Below, one piece after another: positions 50,153 to 60,980 of a stretch of 64,000 nucleotides of DNA. Position 1 is the first letter of the stretch; every line of letters begins with the position of its first letter. Origin of the DNA: Botryllus schlosseri (Eukaryota); assembly GCA_051294905.1 (NCBI GenBank), contig CM119372.1:18168001-18232000 (forward strand), written 5' to 3'. The notes under the pieces are model-generated. The model made no database searches. It saw only the letters and a list, made by a program, of their open reading frames with translations, and had not been told where the DNA came from. The translations under genes and the position numbers were made by a program.

Positions 50153-50808
50153 GTACATTGTACGTACATATACGTCGCACATTAGTGTCATTGTAAAAAC
50201 ACCCGCCGTGCTATATATCAGGTTATCAACACGTTCCACACGCCACTACCTCGCAGCAGGATAATTTATCTCCGCTCCGCCTAGTTTAAAATAGTAACTT
50301 ATGGTTGATGTTTAATTATGCTGACGCTCAGTTAAACGCAATGTGACCGTAGTTGCTTGACGAGCAGTAGGCCTATCTAGTACGTACGTCGTACGTACAT
50401 CAAGATTTGAAATTTTGTACTCGTCAAATAAAACATTGCGATTTCCACAACGAAGCAGTAAAAATCAACAGCCGGTGATATATATATATATATATCAAAA
50501 CCGAGCCGTTTTTGCCGTTTCTCGTAAGTACAATATCTGTATTAAGTTGAAGGCTTAATTTTATGCTCGCTTCGTCTTATTCACATATGACTCTATTTGA
50601 AACGGGCGCCAATCTTTACTCAACATTGGGACCTGCCGCCATGGCCATGGGCCTATATATCATGTTAGCATGGGCTGTAGCTGGAATTAGGACCAAAACA
50701 GCAGTTCGTCCCCCATAGGGTGGTAATCGCAAGTTGAAGACTGAATTTCGTCAATAATTGCATTATATTACTATTGATTTTTAATCCTCTCTCAGATTCA
50801 CCTGTAGA

Positions 50809-51085
50809 GTTTGTTTGTTTGAGGTAATTTTGGTGTTTGTCGACTACAACGGTCAGTTGCACCAGGCCGATTTTCTTCATTTTTGATTCCGCATCTGCCG
50901 ACTTGTAGCACGGCCCACTTCTAGGCTTATTGTAAGACACCGCTTACGCGGATGAGGCGGCGAGGAGGAGCCTATATAAACCTCCAACATTTAAAAAGGA
51001 TTTCTGAAGTCGACCTCGGTCGGACTCGAACCTGCAACCCAATGGCGTTGCTGCCGTGGATTATACCACTGCGCTATCTTGCCAC
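50809..51085 (-). mobile_element. tRNA-derived SINE family 2
   Basis: Minus-strand A-box TAGCGCAGTGG, B-box GGTTCGAGTCC and (CAAA)n tail. Confidence 0.75.
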
Positions 51086-51233
51086 AGAATTACCTACATG
51101 TAGAGATGGGGCACGTAATTCATAATTATAACGTCTGGTATCTTGTTATAATTACTTTAGTGTATGTTGTTAATTCGTGATCTTCGGTTTCTTATATAAT
51201 CAAACGATATTGTAGTGGCTCAAGCGTAACAGA

Positions 51234-51422
51234 CTAGAAGAAAAACTTTCGTGAGACGCACAAACAAATTGTTGTCTTTATATCTGACTGCATGTCTAGC
51301 AACTCAAGTTGTAAATTAACAGGGTCAGTGGCCACAATAATTACAATAGGACTTGAAAACATTTTCATCATGGCGAAAAAAGCATTCATTCCGTCAATGC
51401 AGCCGTTGAACTTAACAATCAA
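51234..51422 (-). mobile_element. hAT (SPIN/GTF2IRD2-like) transposase fragment
   Basis: MFSSP...DPVNLQLELLDMQSDIK resembles the PxxLQLELIDLQ motif of these transposases. Confidence 0.55.
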
Positions 51423-51843
51423 GTCAAATGATCCATTGGTTTGATGGTCAGATAGCTTTGTAAAACGTGTTGCAACACCATCTGCACTTAATTAAATCTG
51501 ATGATGAGCAGACTTAAATTTGAGTGACGATCCAAACGCATTTGAGTGTGAGCATACTTTTTGACGTGAGTTGAGTAACGAAATCGGTGCTGAGTAGAGA
51601 ATCGCTACTCAACAGCAAAGGAATTGGTCTCCACCCTTAATTATAAACTCCAGATTCCAAGCCAAGCAAGTGTAATTTTTGAAAATCAATTTTTTGCTTG
51701 TTCTAAATTGATTTTATAATATTTTAGTTGGATTTTCCAACGTCAATGGGAGCCGCAAGTAGGCTAGCTCGGAGCCGCGGTTGGGAATCACTGATCTAGA
51801 GAGGATTTTCAAGTTAATTAGATCTCTCAAAAATACTCTATAA

Positions 51844-53458
51844 CAGTGGTCGGGAACCTTTTTTGTCCGAAGAGCCATATTGACCCTATTTTTTCCATTT
51901 TAACTCCCAAAGAGCCATATATGTCAATCAACCGTTACGTCACAATTGAAAATGTGTGACGTCATTGTTGCACTCATTCAAACTCACTACATGGCATTAA
52001 TCGTGTGCGCCACATTTTCTCAATGAAAGCTCGTACTAATCATGCTGGTTGCCGTATTTGTGCATGCGAAACTTTAGTTACGAGAACTTATAGGTTCGTC
52101 GCGATGCTCCTTTTAAATGCGATAACCCATGACCACATGAGTAGGTGAAGCCAAACATGGTCACTACAGCAGTATATTGGCCACCCGTTCTAAGCTGTGA
52201 TACATTACGGACTGGGTGTCAGGGTAGGCAAGCGAGGCAGTGCATCACCTGTCGTCAGGATGAGTGGACTAAAATTGTGAAACCTTCAATTACTATTGGT
52301 ATTTTGTATTCATGTTCAAGAATGACTAGATTTTGAACATTTTCCCTCCACATTTACATAATTTGCATATTTAATATTCGAAAATAAAACGCAAAACGAG
52401 CGGTAGGGTACAGACGGGCCAAGCCTCGCCACTGATAACGCCATTTATCCTAAATAGCTTTGATTCATTATAACAGATATTAATAAAATGTTACTGTCGC
52501 ACTGATTCCGAAAATCTAAATACTGATCAACTTGTCATTTCACAAAGTATTCGGCGGCAACATATAACTTTGCGCTACACGCCTACATTTTATCGCCGGT
52601 AGACTTCTACATTGGGTTACCATGTTTTGGAATCGGAAAATGATGACACTTTTACCAAATCAGAAAAGTATGTTACTTAAATCAGCCAATTTCGCTATTT
52701 TTGCAGGAGAAAAATGGTGGATTGACTAAAAAAAGGCCTTCGCTTTCGATCGAACCGCAAATTTCCTATGCAGCGTCATTTATTTATCCCCATTTTCAAT
52801 TGAATCTGTCCATTATCATAGCTGTGAAAGCTGTAAAGTAGGACAAATTGCCAAGAAGGAGGACATTTAGGCGTCCTCGGAGGACATTTTCAAAAACTTG
52901 AAAAAGGAGGACAAATACTCTAAATGGAGGACGTATGGTAACCCTTGCAATAGAACTACTAACAAATCAAGAACGTGGACAGCTATGGCGTTGTTTGTAA
53001 TTCGAATTTGCAATTGTGCATGTCACGTTTACGGCAGTTCATTTCGCGCCGTAAATCAGGAAGACGATGTGTATTTGAAAACTGCGTTGTGATATGGGGG
53101 TTCGCATGTCTGCTATTCTCTTTGATCAATCAACGTATCGCACAATCCAATCCAATTTCGAGTCGGGTACTTCGAATTCGTGAGTGATATTATGGTCGCC
53201 GCCGCAACAGTAACTTAAATTTGAGGATTTAGAAAAGAGGGTGTCCGAGCCCCTAAACCTGAAGACGGCATTGTCTTTATCTCTCAGCGACATGTTTATA
53301 CTGCCACGAGAATAATTATCCTGGCCGTGATGAATATTTACTAACTAGTCGCTGCAATATTGGCCAATTCGGTACAAAAATACATATTTGGCAAAGAGCC
53401 ATATCTTGTACCCAAAAGAGCCATATGTGGCTCGCGAGCCATAGGTTCCCGACCACTG
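51844..53458. mobile_element. Charlie/Buster-type hAT non-autonomous element (nested)
   Basis: CAGTGGTCGGGAACC...GGTTCCCGACCACTG; TSD CTCTATAA. Confidence 0.9.
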
Positions 53459-55213
53459 CTCTATAACTTATGTTGGTTTACGAAATACTTTTTGAGTCCC
53501 CTTCGAGCTCGCTCACCACCATATTGGGAAATTTGGGGTGCGGTAATTATGGCCTGGCAAGAATGCAAATCATTGGTCGCGATAAATTGACCCCTATAAA
53601 AATGGGCAATGGGTACATTATGACGTAACAAGCAAATGACGCATCTCTTTTAAAGGGAGTTTGTTATCTCATTAGGCCCCTTCAGCGCAATCCATATATT
53701 GTCTTCCAACATAGCTTCTAAGATGCAAAATAAATGTAATCGTGAGTAATCGTGATTACTTTTCCAATGTAATCGTAATCGTAATCGACTACTTCCTGAT
53801 GTTGCTGTAATCGTAATCGTAATCGTAATCGCGTCATTCATAAGTAATCGTAATCGCAATCGATTACAATCATAAAGTAATCACCCCATGTCTGTTGGGT
53901 ATATGAACAAAAGAAGTAACATCACTTGTGCAGTCACTACAACCGCGAGTAGAACAAATTTTCTTGACGCATTCCAATCTCGATACACGTCAGACTGGTT
54001 TTGAAATCGTACATATTCGCAACCAGTAAGGCCGGCACGGTACGTTTCCGGAAACCAGAAGCCAACGACCAACGAGCAGTACAATGAATGAAACTACAAT
54101 CCAACGATGGAATATTTACTTATCATTTGCACCCATCTTGTTGTTAAAGACTTCCCGATGCATGCGGAATTGATTAGTCTTGGTGGCACCACAGAAATGT
54201 GTAGGTAGATGCCCCACATACTGGTTCCAATCAAGCAATGTCCAACATCTGCTATCAGCTCACAGTCTCTCAATGCACGTGAATTGTATGACACGTGGAA
54301 AAGATGAATATACGGAATCAGCCGAAACCATCCCACACCAATCGCTGCAAAACCAGCCATGAAAATCTTTCCCTTTTCGCAAGAGAAATCCCATCGCCCC
54401 CGCCTATATCCCAGGACTACCATGAACACTAAAATTCCGGTGGTAACAGCGAGAAGGAAGTACGTAGCAACTCCGCAGAATGCCACCTGCAAGTTCCATG
54501 CTCTAGCAGTCTCTTAAAATAACTACCATTGCTGGTAACATGCTCCATTTACAGAGATACCATCGAACAATGGTGACAACGAGCGAGTTGTTTTTGAAAT
54601 ATTTTATAAGTTAGAACCACGGATATGTATATAATTCTCTAACCCAAGCTAAATAAATTGCTTCCTGTTTTGGGTTGATGTTTGTGACTAATGTCACGGC
54701 CCAATCCGGATGTATTGCTACATTACTGCAATGAGAGTGACTATAGCATTATTTCCATCACGATGCTTAGTCGCTCGCTGGAAAATCTAGTAATCATAGT
54801 CTTATAACAACTTGTTGATAAATTTTCGGCCCATAAAGACATCCTCCCAGTATTTTGGGGCAGCTCAAAATCGTCTGATCTCATGAACAATTATCTCGGA
54901 ATTCAAATGCCATTTGTGATTTAATCAGAAATGAATTGTTGACTGCTAAAATAACGGTAATGTTCGAGAGAATACGGACGAATCGCAGGTTGCAGCTAGT
55001 ATGGCAAGGGCCATATACTGTAACAGCTGGGGTCTGTTGCAATGTTCCCTCACGAGTGTTCGCGAACTAACCAACTCACTGCGCGGTCACTTGGACAACA
55101 GTGCGTACGACTAAAAAAAGGTCATCACTTTGGCTTTCTTGTGCACAGCTTAGATTTTCTGTGCGCAGAGATAGTGTCAGCACTGCGCAACTGCGCACGC
55201 GCGCAGCTTAGAG

Positions 55214-55693
55214 CAGTGGTTCACAACCTTTTTGACCCACGGACTCATCTGAAGCTCGCATATATATTCGCGGACTCAAGCTATATATTACCGAAAAATA
55301 GGTTTTTTGATTTCTATCCAAGAGAATTTAATACGGAATCAACGAAAAAAGCAAGCACTGTTTTCAATCAACACATACTCAATGAGAGCATTGTCCTTGA
55401 ACTTGCTTGACAAGTTTATAGAATTCCGGAATTATGGTTGTAAAGGCCTACATCTGATGTCATCTTACGGTTGAAGTCTATTGCGATAATTCTTTTGATC
55501 ATCGTCAGAGTTGAAAAGCCAGATTCACACAGGTTGGAAATGGCAAAAGAGATGTTGTAGCTTGCTCGCAATTATATGAAAGACTATGCTCCATCGACTG
55601 CACAGTGCACATTTGCCCAAAATTGAGTAAAAGAAGCCTTTTTAAACATGTCTTTCCACATCTGTCAGCTTTGCAATTTAAGCAACTGTTCAG
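55214..55693 (-). mobile_element. 3' end of a Buster/Charlie hAT transposon with a decayed transposase C-terminus
   Basis: Frameshifted minus-strand translation LLPFPT..CESGFSTLTMIK..YRNRLQP.DDIRC...IIPEFYKLVKQVQGQCSH*, followed by the terminus CAGTGGTTCACAACC at 55214. Confidence 0.8.
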
Positions 55694-56641
55694 CAGTGTT
55701 GGGATGACTCGAGTCACCTTTTTCGTATGACTTGACTTGACTCGAGTCACTTGGCTAAAATGACTTGACTTGACTTGACTCGGCGTATCAGAAATGTGGA
55801 TTGACTCGTGACTCGAAGCAAAATTCACGAGTCAATTTCAAGTCATCAAGTAATCGGTGTCGATAAAATTCAGTGTATCTTGCATATAGTCGGATTGTTC
55901 TCGAAATGCTGGTGTAACCTGTTAGAGCGACCAATCATTCAATGATCGTGCGTTTTACTGAGCCTCCATTGTTCTCTCACACATAAATTGACCGCAAACG
56001 AAGTGATCCCAACTTACAGCTTACGTTATCGTAAACTAGTATAGTAAAATAATTCAATAAAATAATGTCTATTTCTATTCTCTGTTCTTACCTTAACTAA
56101 ACCTCTTGTTTTATTGAAATCGAATTCGAATATAGCTTCTCCTCAACCATTGGCGCCCCCTCGAATTGTATCATATCAATTTGTAAATGGGTAATGTTAC
56201 ATGTAGTACATCTTATCAATTCGTTTCTCTATTCTCTATTTTGGTCGGTAACTATAAACTGAGGCTGTGCAATTACTTCCGTAGTTCAGCAGTGCTACGT
56301 ATATGTGAGCGATACAGCGCCTTCTTGCGTGTATATTTAACTATATATTCGTTCATTGGTTCAGACTCAATGACCACTAAATCTGTAATTCAGACAGCTA
56401 GCAAAATGCAATGACGTAATCATGCCTCATGCTTCAAAAAGGCAACTTGACTTGAATTGTGACTTGATTCGTGACTTGACTTGACTTGACTCGACTTGAC
56501 TCGAGTCACCTCTAAAATCGAGTGACTTGACTTGACTCGAGTCACCTTCGAAAATCGAATGACTTGACTTGACTCGAGTCAACATGTGCAATGACTCGAA
56601 ATGACTCGTGACTCGAAGGTAGTGACTTGATCCCAACACTG
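55694..56641. mobile_element. hAT-type MITE, family B
   Basis: CAGTGTTGGGAT...ATCCCAACACTG termini; TSD CTGTTCAG. Confidence 0.9.
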
Positions 56642-56659
56642 CTGTTCAGTAGTGCAGTT

Positions 56660-57210
56660 CATATCTCGGGTTCTACTGATAACAGACAACTATAGATTGT
56701 TTGAGTTGTTTCTGTGATGAGCACATGTCCCTACGTTTTATCGGTATCCAAGTACCGTTTACAAGTGAACTATATGTCGCAATAAATGCAATAATAATAA
56801 CCAGCGTATATCGCGCCGAAAACGTGTGCTTGAGCAATGAGCATACGCGTGTATGAAGAGCTGTCATAGGGGTTCATACCTGGCATTTTCGGTATGTGGT
56901 ACTCAGCAAAAAATTCCGCGTCCATGCGTAACAAATCCAAGTCAATCCGACCAAATTTGTAGAGTTTATGACCAGGATAGAATTCCTTATGACAATTTTG
57001 ACAATAGGCTACCTCGGACATAAATGAAGGGCATTTTGAAAAAGTCCAGTTGGGGATAATAGGGTTCTATACCTGACATTTTTGGTATCAAACCAGGAAG
57101 ATGCTACAGATGTGCAAAGCATACCCGTTTTGCCCATGACACATTGCAACCAAGTGGTTTGCCCGAAACACAGAAAACTTCTGAAGAACGGATATTGCTT
57201 GGAATGTTGA
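56660..57210 (+). mobile_element. Possible decayed piggyBac-like transposase 3' end
   Basis: Frameshifted + strand translation ends PGRCYRCAKHTRF..HCNQVVCPKHRKLLKNGYCLEC*, a pattern like the piggyBac Cys-rich domain. Upstream VAINAIII and EFLMTIL are weaker matches. Confidence 0.45.
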
Positions 57211-57231
57211 ACAATTAGTTGTAGATTGTAG

Positions 57232-58219
57232 CAGTCTTGGGATGGGATGACTCGAGTCATGACTTGACTCGAGTCAAAATCGAGTCAACTTTTTCGTATG
57301 ACTTGACTTGACTCGAGTCACTTTGCCAAAATGACTTGACTTGACTTGACTCGGCGCTTCAGAAATGTGGATTGACTCGTGACTCGGAGCAAAATTCACG
57401 AGTCAATTTCAAGTCATCAAGTAAACTGGCTCGATTAAATATCTGTGTCTTGTGTGTGTTCGGATTGTTCGCGATACGCCGATGTCACTTGTGAGAATAA
57501 CCATTCATTCACTGATTGTACATTTCACTGATCCTCCCTTGCTACATCAAAAATAAATTGACCGCAAAAGAAATGATCACAGCTTACGTTGTGGTAGTAG
57601 TAGATTAATATAATTCTAATAGCAACGCATCTCTGTTTCTTAGACGGCTCAGTACTTACATTGCGCCGTGCTCACCTTAACCAACCCTATTGTGTGATTT
57701 AAATCGGACGAATATAGTTTATGCGTATATAATCTCACGGATGTGTAGATGGATGGGTAGTGTTTTATCCGATATCCATTCGTTTCAGCTTCCCGAGACT
57801 TCGAATTCGATCCTCAATTTGGGATGATAATAACAGACTGTAGCATGGAACCATACAGTTACTCGCTCATTTTATTACCAGTTCTACGTATGCGTGAGTG
57901 ACACAACACTTTTTACATGTATTCAACTTTATATTCGTTATTTCATTCAGGATAAATAGCCAATTAATCTGTCCTTCACGCAGCGAGCAAAATGTAATGA
58001 CTTTGAATCATCACTCATGCTTCGAAAATTCAATTTAACTGGAACTGTGACTTGACTTGTGACTTGACTTGACTTGACTCGAGTCACCTCCAAAACTGAG
58101 TGACTTGACTTGACTCGAGTCACCTTCGAAAGTCGATTGACTTGACTTGACTCGAGTCCAAATGTGAAATGACTCGAGATGAATCGTGACTCGAAGGTAG
58201 TGACTTGATCCCAACACTG
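57232..58219. mobile_element. hAT-type MITE, family B
   Basis: CAGTCTTGGGAT...ATCCCAACACTG termini; TSD GATTGTAG. Confidence 0.9.
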
Positions 58220-58968
58220 GATTGTAGTGCTCTATGTTTCGTTGTTCTTGCGTTGAAACATCTGTTATTGAGGTATCTCTAATATTGCTTTCAAAACTAC
58301 ATAAATTACAGTATAATTTATCAACTTGAAGGCTTTTCGTGTGCCCACACAATGTGCCGGCACAATAAGAGGCGTGCAGAAAGAGATTAATGCGAAACCG
58401 CGATCGACAGAGCTCGGTGCACTATGTCTACGATCAAAGCATGAATTGTAACTAGTGTGCCAAGTTCGTAGTTCGCCAATGAATATTTTATTTGCTCAAG
58501 TATTCGGATACGACTATAGTTTATGCAGGGATCTCTAGATATCCCTAAGTTTATGTTACCGGATCAGTCATGTCGTCGTGTGCTATCACTCGTATATTCC
58601 TTTCTCCTGTCATGTTTCAATTGTTGATGCCGTGTCATTAGTAAGAAGATTGAAATCCGCTGATATGGTCTGGAATCAAACGTGCTAGCGAAAAAGATTG
58701 TATATGTGACAGCCTACCCATTATGGGTGTATGTGATTATAGATAACTAACCTACGTAGGTTAGTTATCTATAATGTAATGATGTGATGTTAGTTACTAT
58801 TGTGATGGTACAGTCATTTCTAGGGTAGGGTTACCATATTTCAGCAACCCAGATTCCGGACACTCTTTAGCGCCCACTAGTGGACCTAAAATGAGTTATG
58901 ACGTCACACTAGCAAAGCTTTGCTCATAGACCAGAGGTATGATTTTGAGGCCACACTATAGAGTAGCC

Positions 58969-60497
58969 CAGTGGTTCCCAACCTTTTTCATCTCGTGCCT
59001 CCCTTGGCCGAAATTTAAGCCAAAATTCCCCCCTTAGGATAAATCTGCCCGATGATTAAAAAAGGTCATTTTTACCGCGCAAACGCCTGTTGACTGAGAG
59101 AATAAGACAGGTGGTACCGAGTGTTTGTTTCTAGCAGTGCTGTAATAACACTTTGTAGACCTTTAAAAACAATGTTCTTGGTCCCATTCAAACAAATTCT
59201 GGAAGGCTTGATTCAACAAACCCCCACACTTCCATTTGTGTTTTCGGCTTACCATGCACCAATCGCTAATATAACTGTTCTGAAAAATCACTATGCATAA
59301 ATTTACTGGTCTTGCGATTTTTTTCTCAAGTTTGCGTATGCATTTGGCCAATAATATTGGTACTTTCATATATAGGAGGGTTGACCAGACTAGAGTCTGA
59401 CTCGAGTCACCATTTTCTGATGACTCGACTCGAGTCATTTTCTCAAAATACGGAAGCGACTCGACTCGAGACAATCTGGGTATTGACTCGACTTGGACTC
59501 GAGTCATTGTTCATGACTCGAACCAAGCCATATGATTTGAGACTATAAGACGGCCAAGACCGACATTTCATTGTAATTTCGAAGAACAGTAAAGTGACCA
59601 GTGTGACCACCCTATTGGAATTTCGTCTATTGATCCTGGTATTTGACAATGGGACAAGAAACTGCTCAAAGTGAGGAAAATTAGTATCTCATAAATCCAA
59701 ATCATTCAATATCACCAAACAGTGTTGACTGGAGTGTGACTTGGACTCGGACTCGAGACATAATACACTGACTCGGACTCGACCCTCTGCTCGGTGACTT
59801 GGACTCGGACTTGACTCAATGGTGAATTGAAAATGACTCGACTTGACTCGAGTAAAAACTATGAAAGTGAGATTGACTTGTGACTCGGAGCCTCGTGATT
59901 TGGTTACAGCGTTGATATATAACATACACGTGATCAGATACCCTGCTGGAGCTCATTGAAATTTAGGACACCCATTACGTTTCGGCAACATTGCACCAAG
60001 TTTACCATGTATTTTTCGATCGGGTAGCTGTTCACTAAAAATAAAGCAAGGCTAGCGATCTCTTTGACTTGAATCGATGACGTTGGAATATTTTGTCACT
60101 GTCTGAAAATGTTGACTTGAAAATATAAGATAAATACTTTCACTAGAGGCCCTGTTGTGATAGATACGGCACGACATTTGCTCGGTTCGGATATATTTGA
60201 TTGAGAGGCCGTCGCTGGCCTACAAAATTGTCTTGCGAACTGCAGCACATCTGAACTAATTTTAAAAAATTGGGGGGGGGGGGATTTGTATGGGAAAAAG
60301 AGATTTCAAATAGCATTTGAACATACTTTCAGCAAACAAGAACAACCATAAGGAGCATACGTTCGGATATAACTGGTTGACTACATGACAGTTCAGACAT
60401 GAACAATTTAGGAAATCCAATTCTAAAGTGGAATTCCTCCCTAAAAATTGCAAAATTCCCCCCAAGGGGGGAATTCCTCCCCGGTTGGGAACCACTG
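58969..60497. mobile_element. Charlie/Buster-type hAT non-autonomous element
   Basis: CAGTGGTTCCCAACC...GGTTGGGAACCACTG; TSD GAGTAGCC; hosts 59376-59914. Confidence 0.9.
59376..59914. mobile_element. hAT-type MITE, GACTCGAGTC-repeat family A
   Basis: Body colinear with 15489-16076; degenerate termini; TSD ATATATA(G/A). Confidence 0.8.
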
Positions 60498-60685
60498 GAG
60501 TAGCCTAATCTATGAAACTTCTGGGTGAGGAGGGAGGTGGGGTCTTGCTATATGAATGTGGTTTCTATGTGCATCTGGTCGTTGAATTATTTGACTGAAT
60601 TCTGTCAATAATATTGGTCGTTCCCTATATTACTACTACTCTCCGCCCACAGGAGTAGTATAGTAGATCGCTCGTGATTTGCCTG

Positions 60686-60980
60686 GGGTTCTTATGGGCG
60701 GGGTGGCATGGTGCCGAGAAAACCGGGGGTGGCATGGTGACCCTTATGTCTTATGGCGGGGGTGGCATGGTGCCATTGTGTCTTATGGCGGGGGTGGCAT
60801 GGTTACCTTTTCGGGTATAGGCTGCGGTCGCATGGTGCCACTGTGTCTTATGGGTGCGGCGACATGGTTGCCTTTTCGGGTATAGACGGCGGCGACATGC
60901 TAACGACGATAAATGTGTCTGTCATGTATTCTTACGGGATCTGTGGTGACTCGCCATGTGTTCTTATGGGTGCGGTCGTG
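60686..60980. repeat. GC-rich minisatellite (about 30-bp unit TCTTATGGCGGGGGTGGCATGGTGCC)
   Basis: About 8-9 degenerate tandem units are visible. Confidence 0.85.

Larger units (their letters stand above)
49173..53894 (-). mobile_element. Second, inverted copy of the (GATTAC)n element with nested insertions, disrupting the 7TM paralog
   Basis: CAGACATGGGGT...ACCCCATGTCTG termini; TSD TTGGGTAT; body is the reverse complement of 11226-13759. Confidence 0.9.
48866..54565 (-). pseudogene. Pseudogene paralog of the 7TM gene, frameshifted and split by a transposon
   Basis: ORF pieces 54094-54492, 53881-54084 and 48866-49165 are colinear with 43437-44447 (PETYRAGLTGCEY vs PETFQSGVYGCEY; IKRSLIGS vs IKRSILSA). 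Removing 49173-53894 plus one TTGGGTAT TSD copy gives LLFIYPMAKVK, matching FLFPMIKLK. Further frameshifts occur near 54090 and 54180-54220. Confidence 0.85.

Noticed and set aside
55694..58219. GACTCGAGTC/GACTT arrays as CRISPR-like repeats
   Set aside because: Irregular short motifs inside TIR/TSD-bounded MITEs, with no constant repeat-spacer period, no cas genes and a eukaryotic context.
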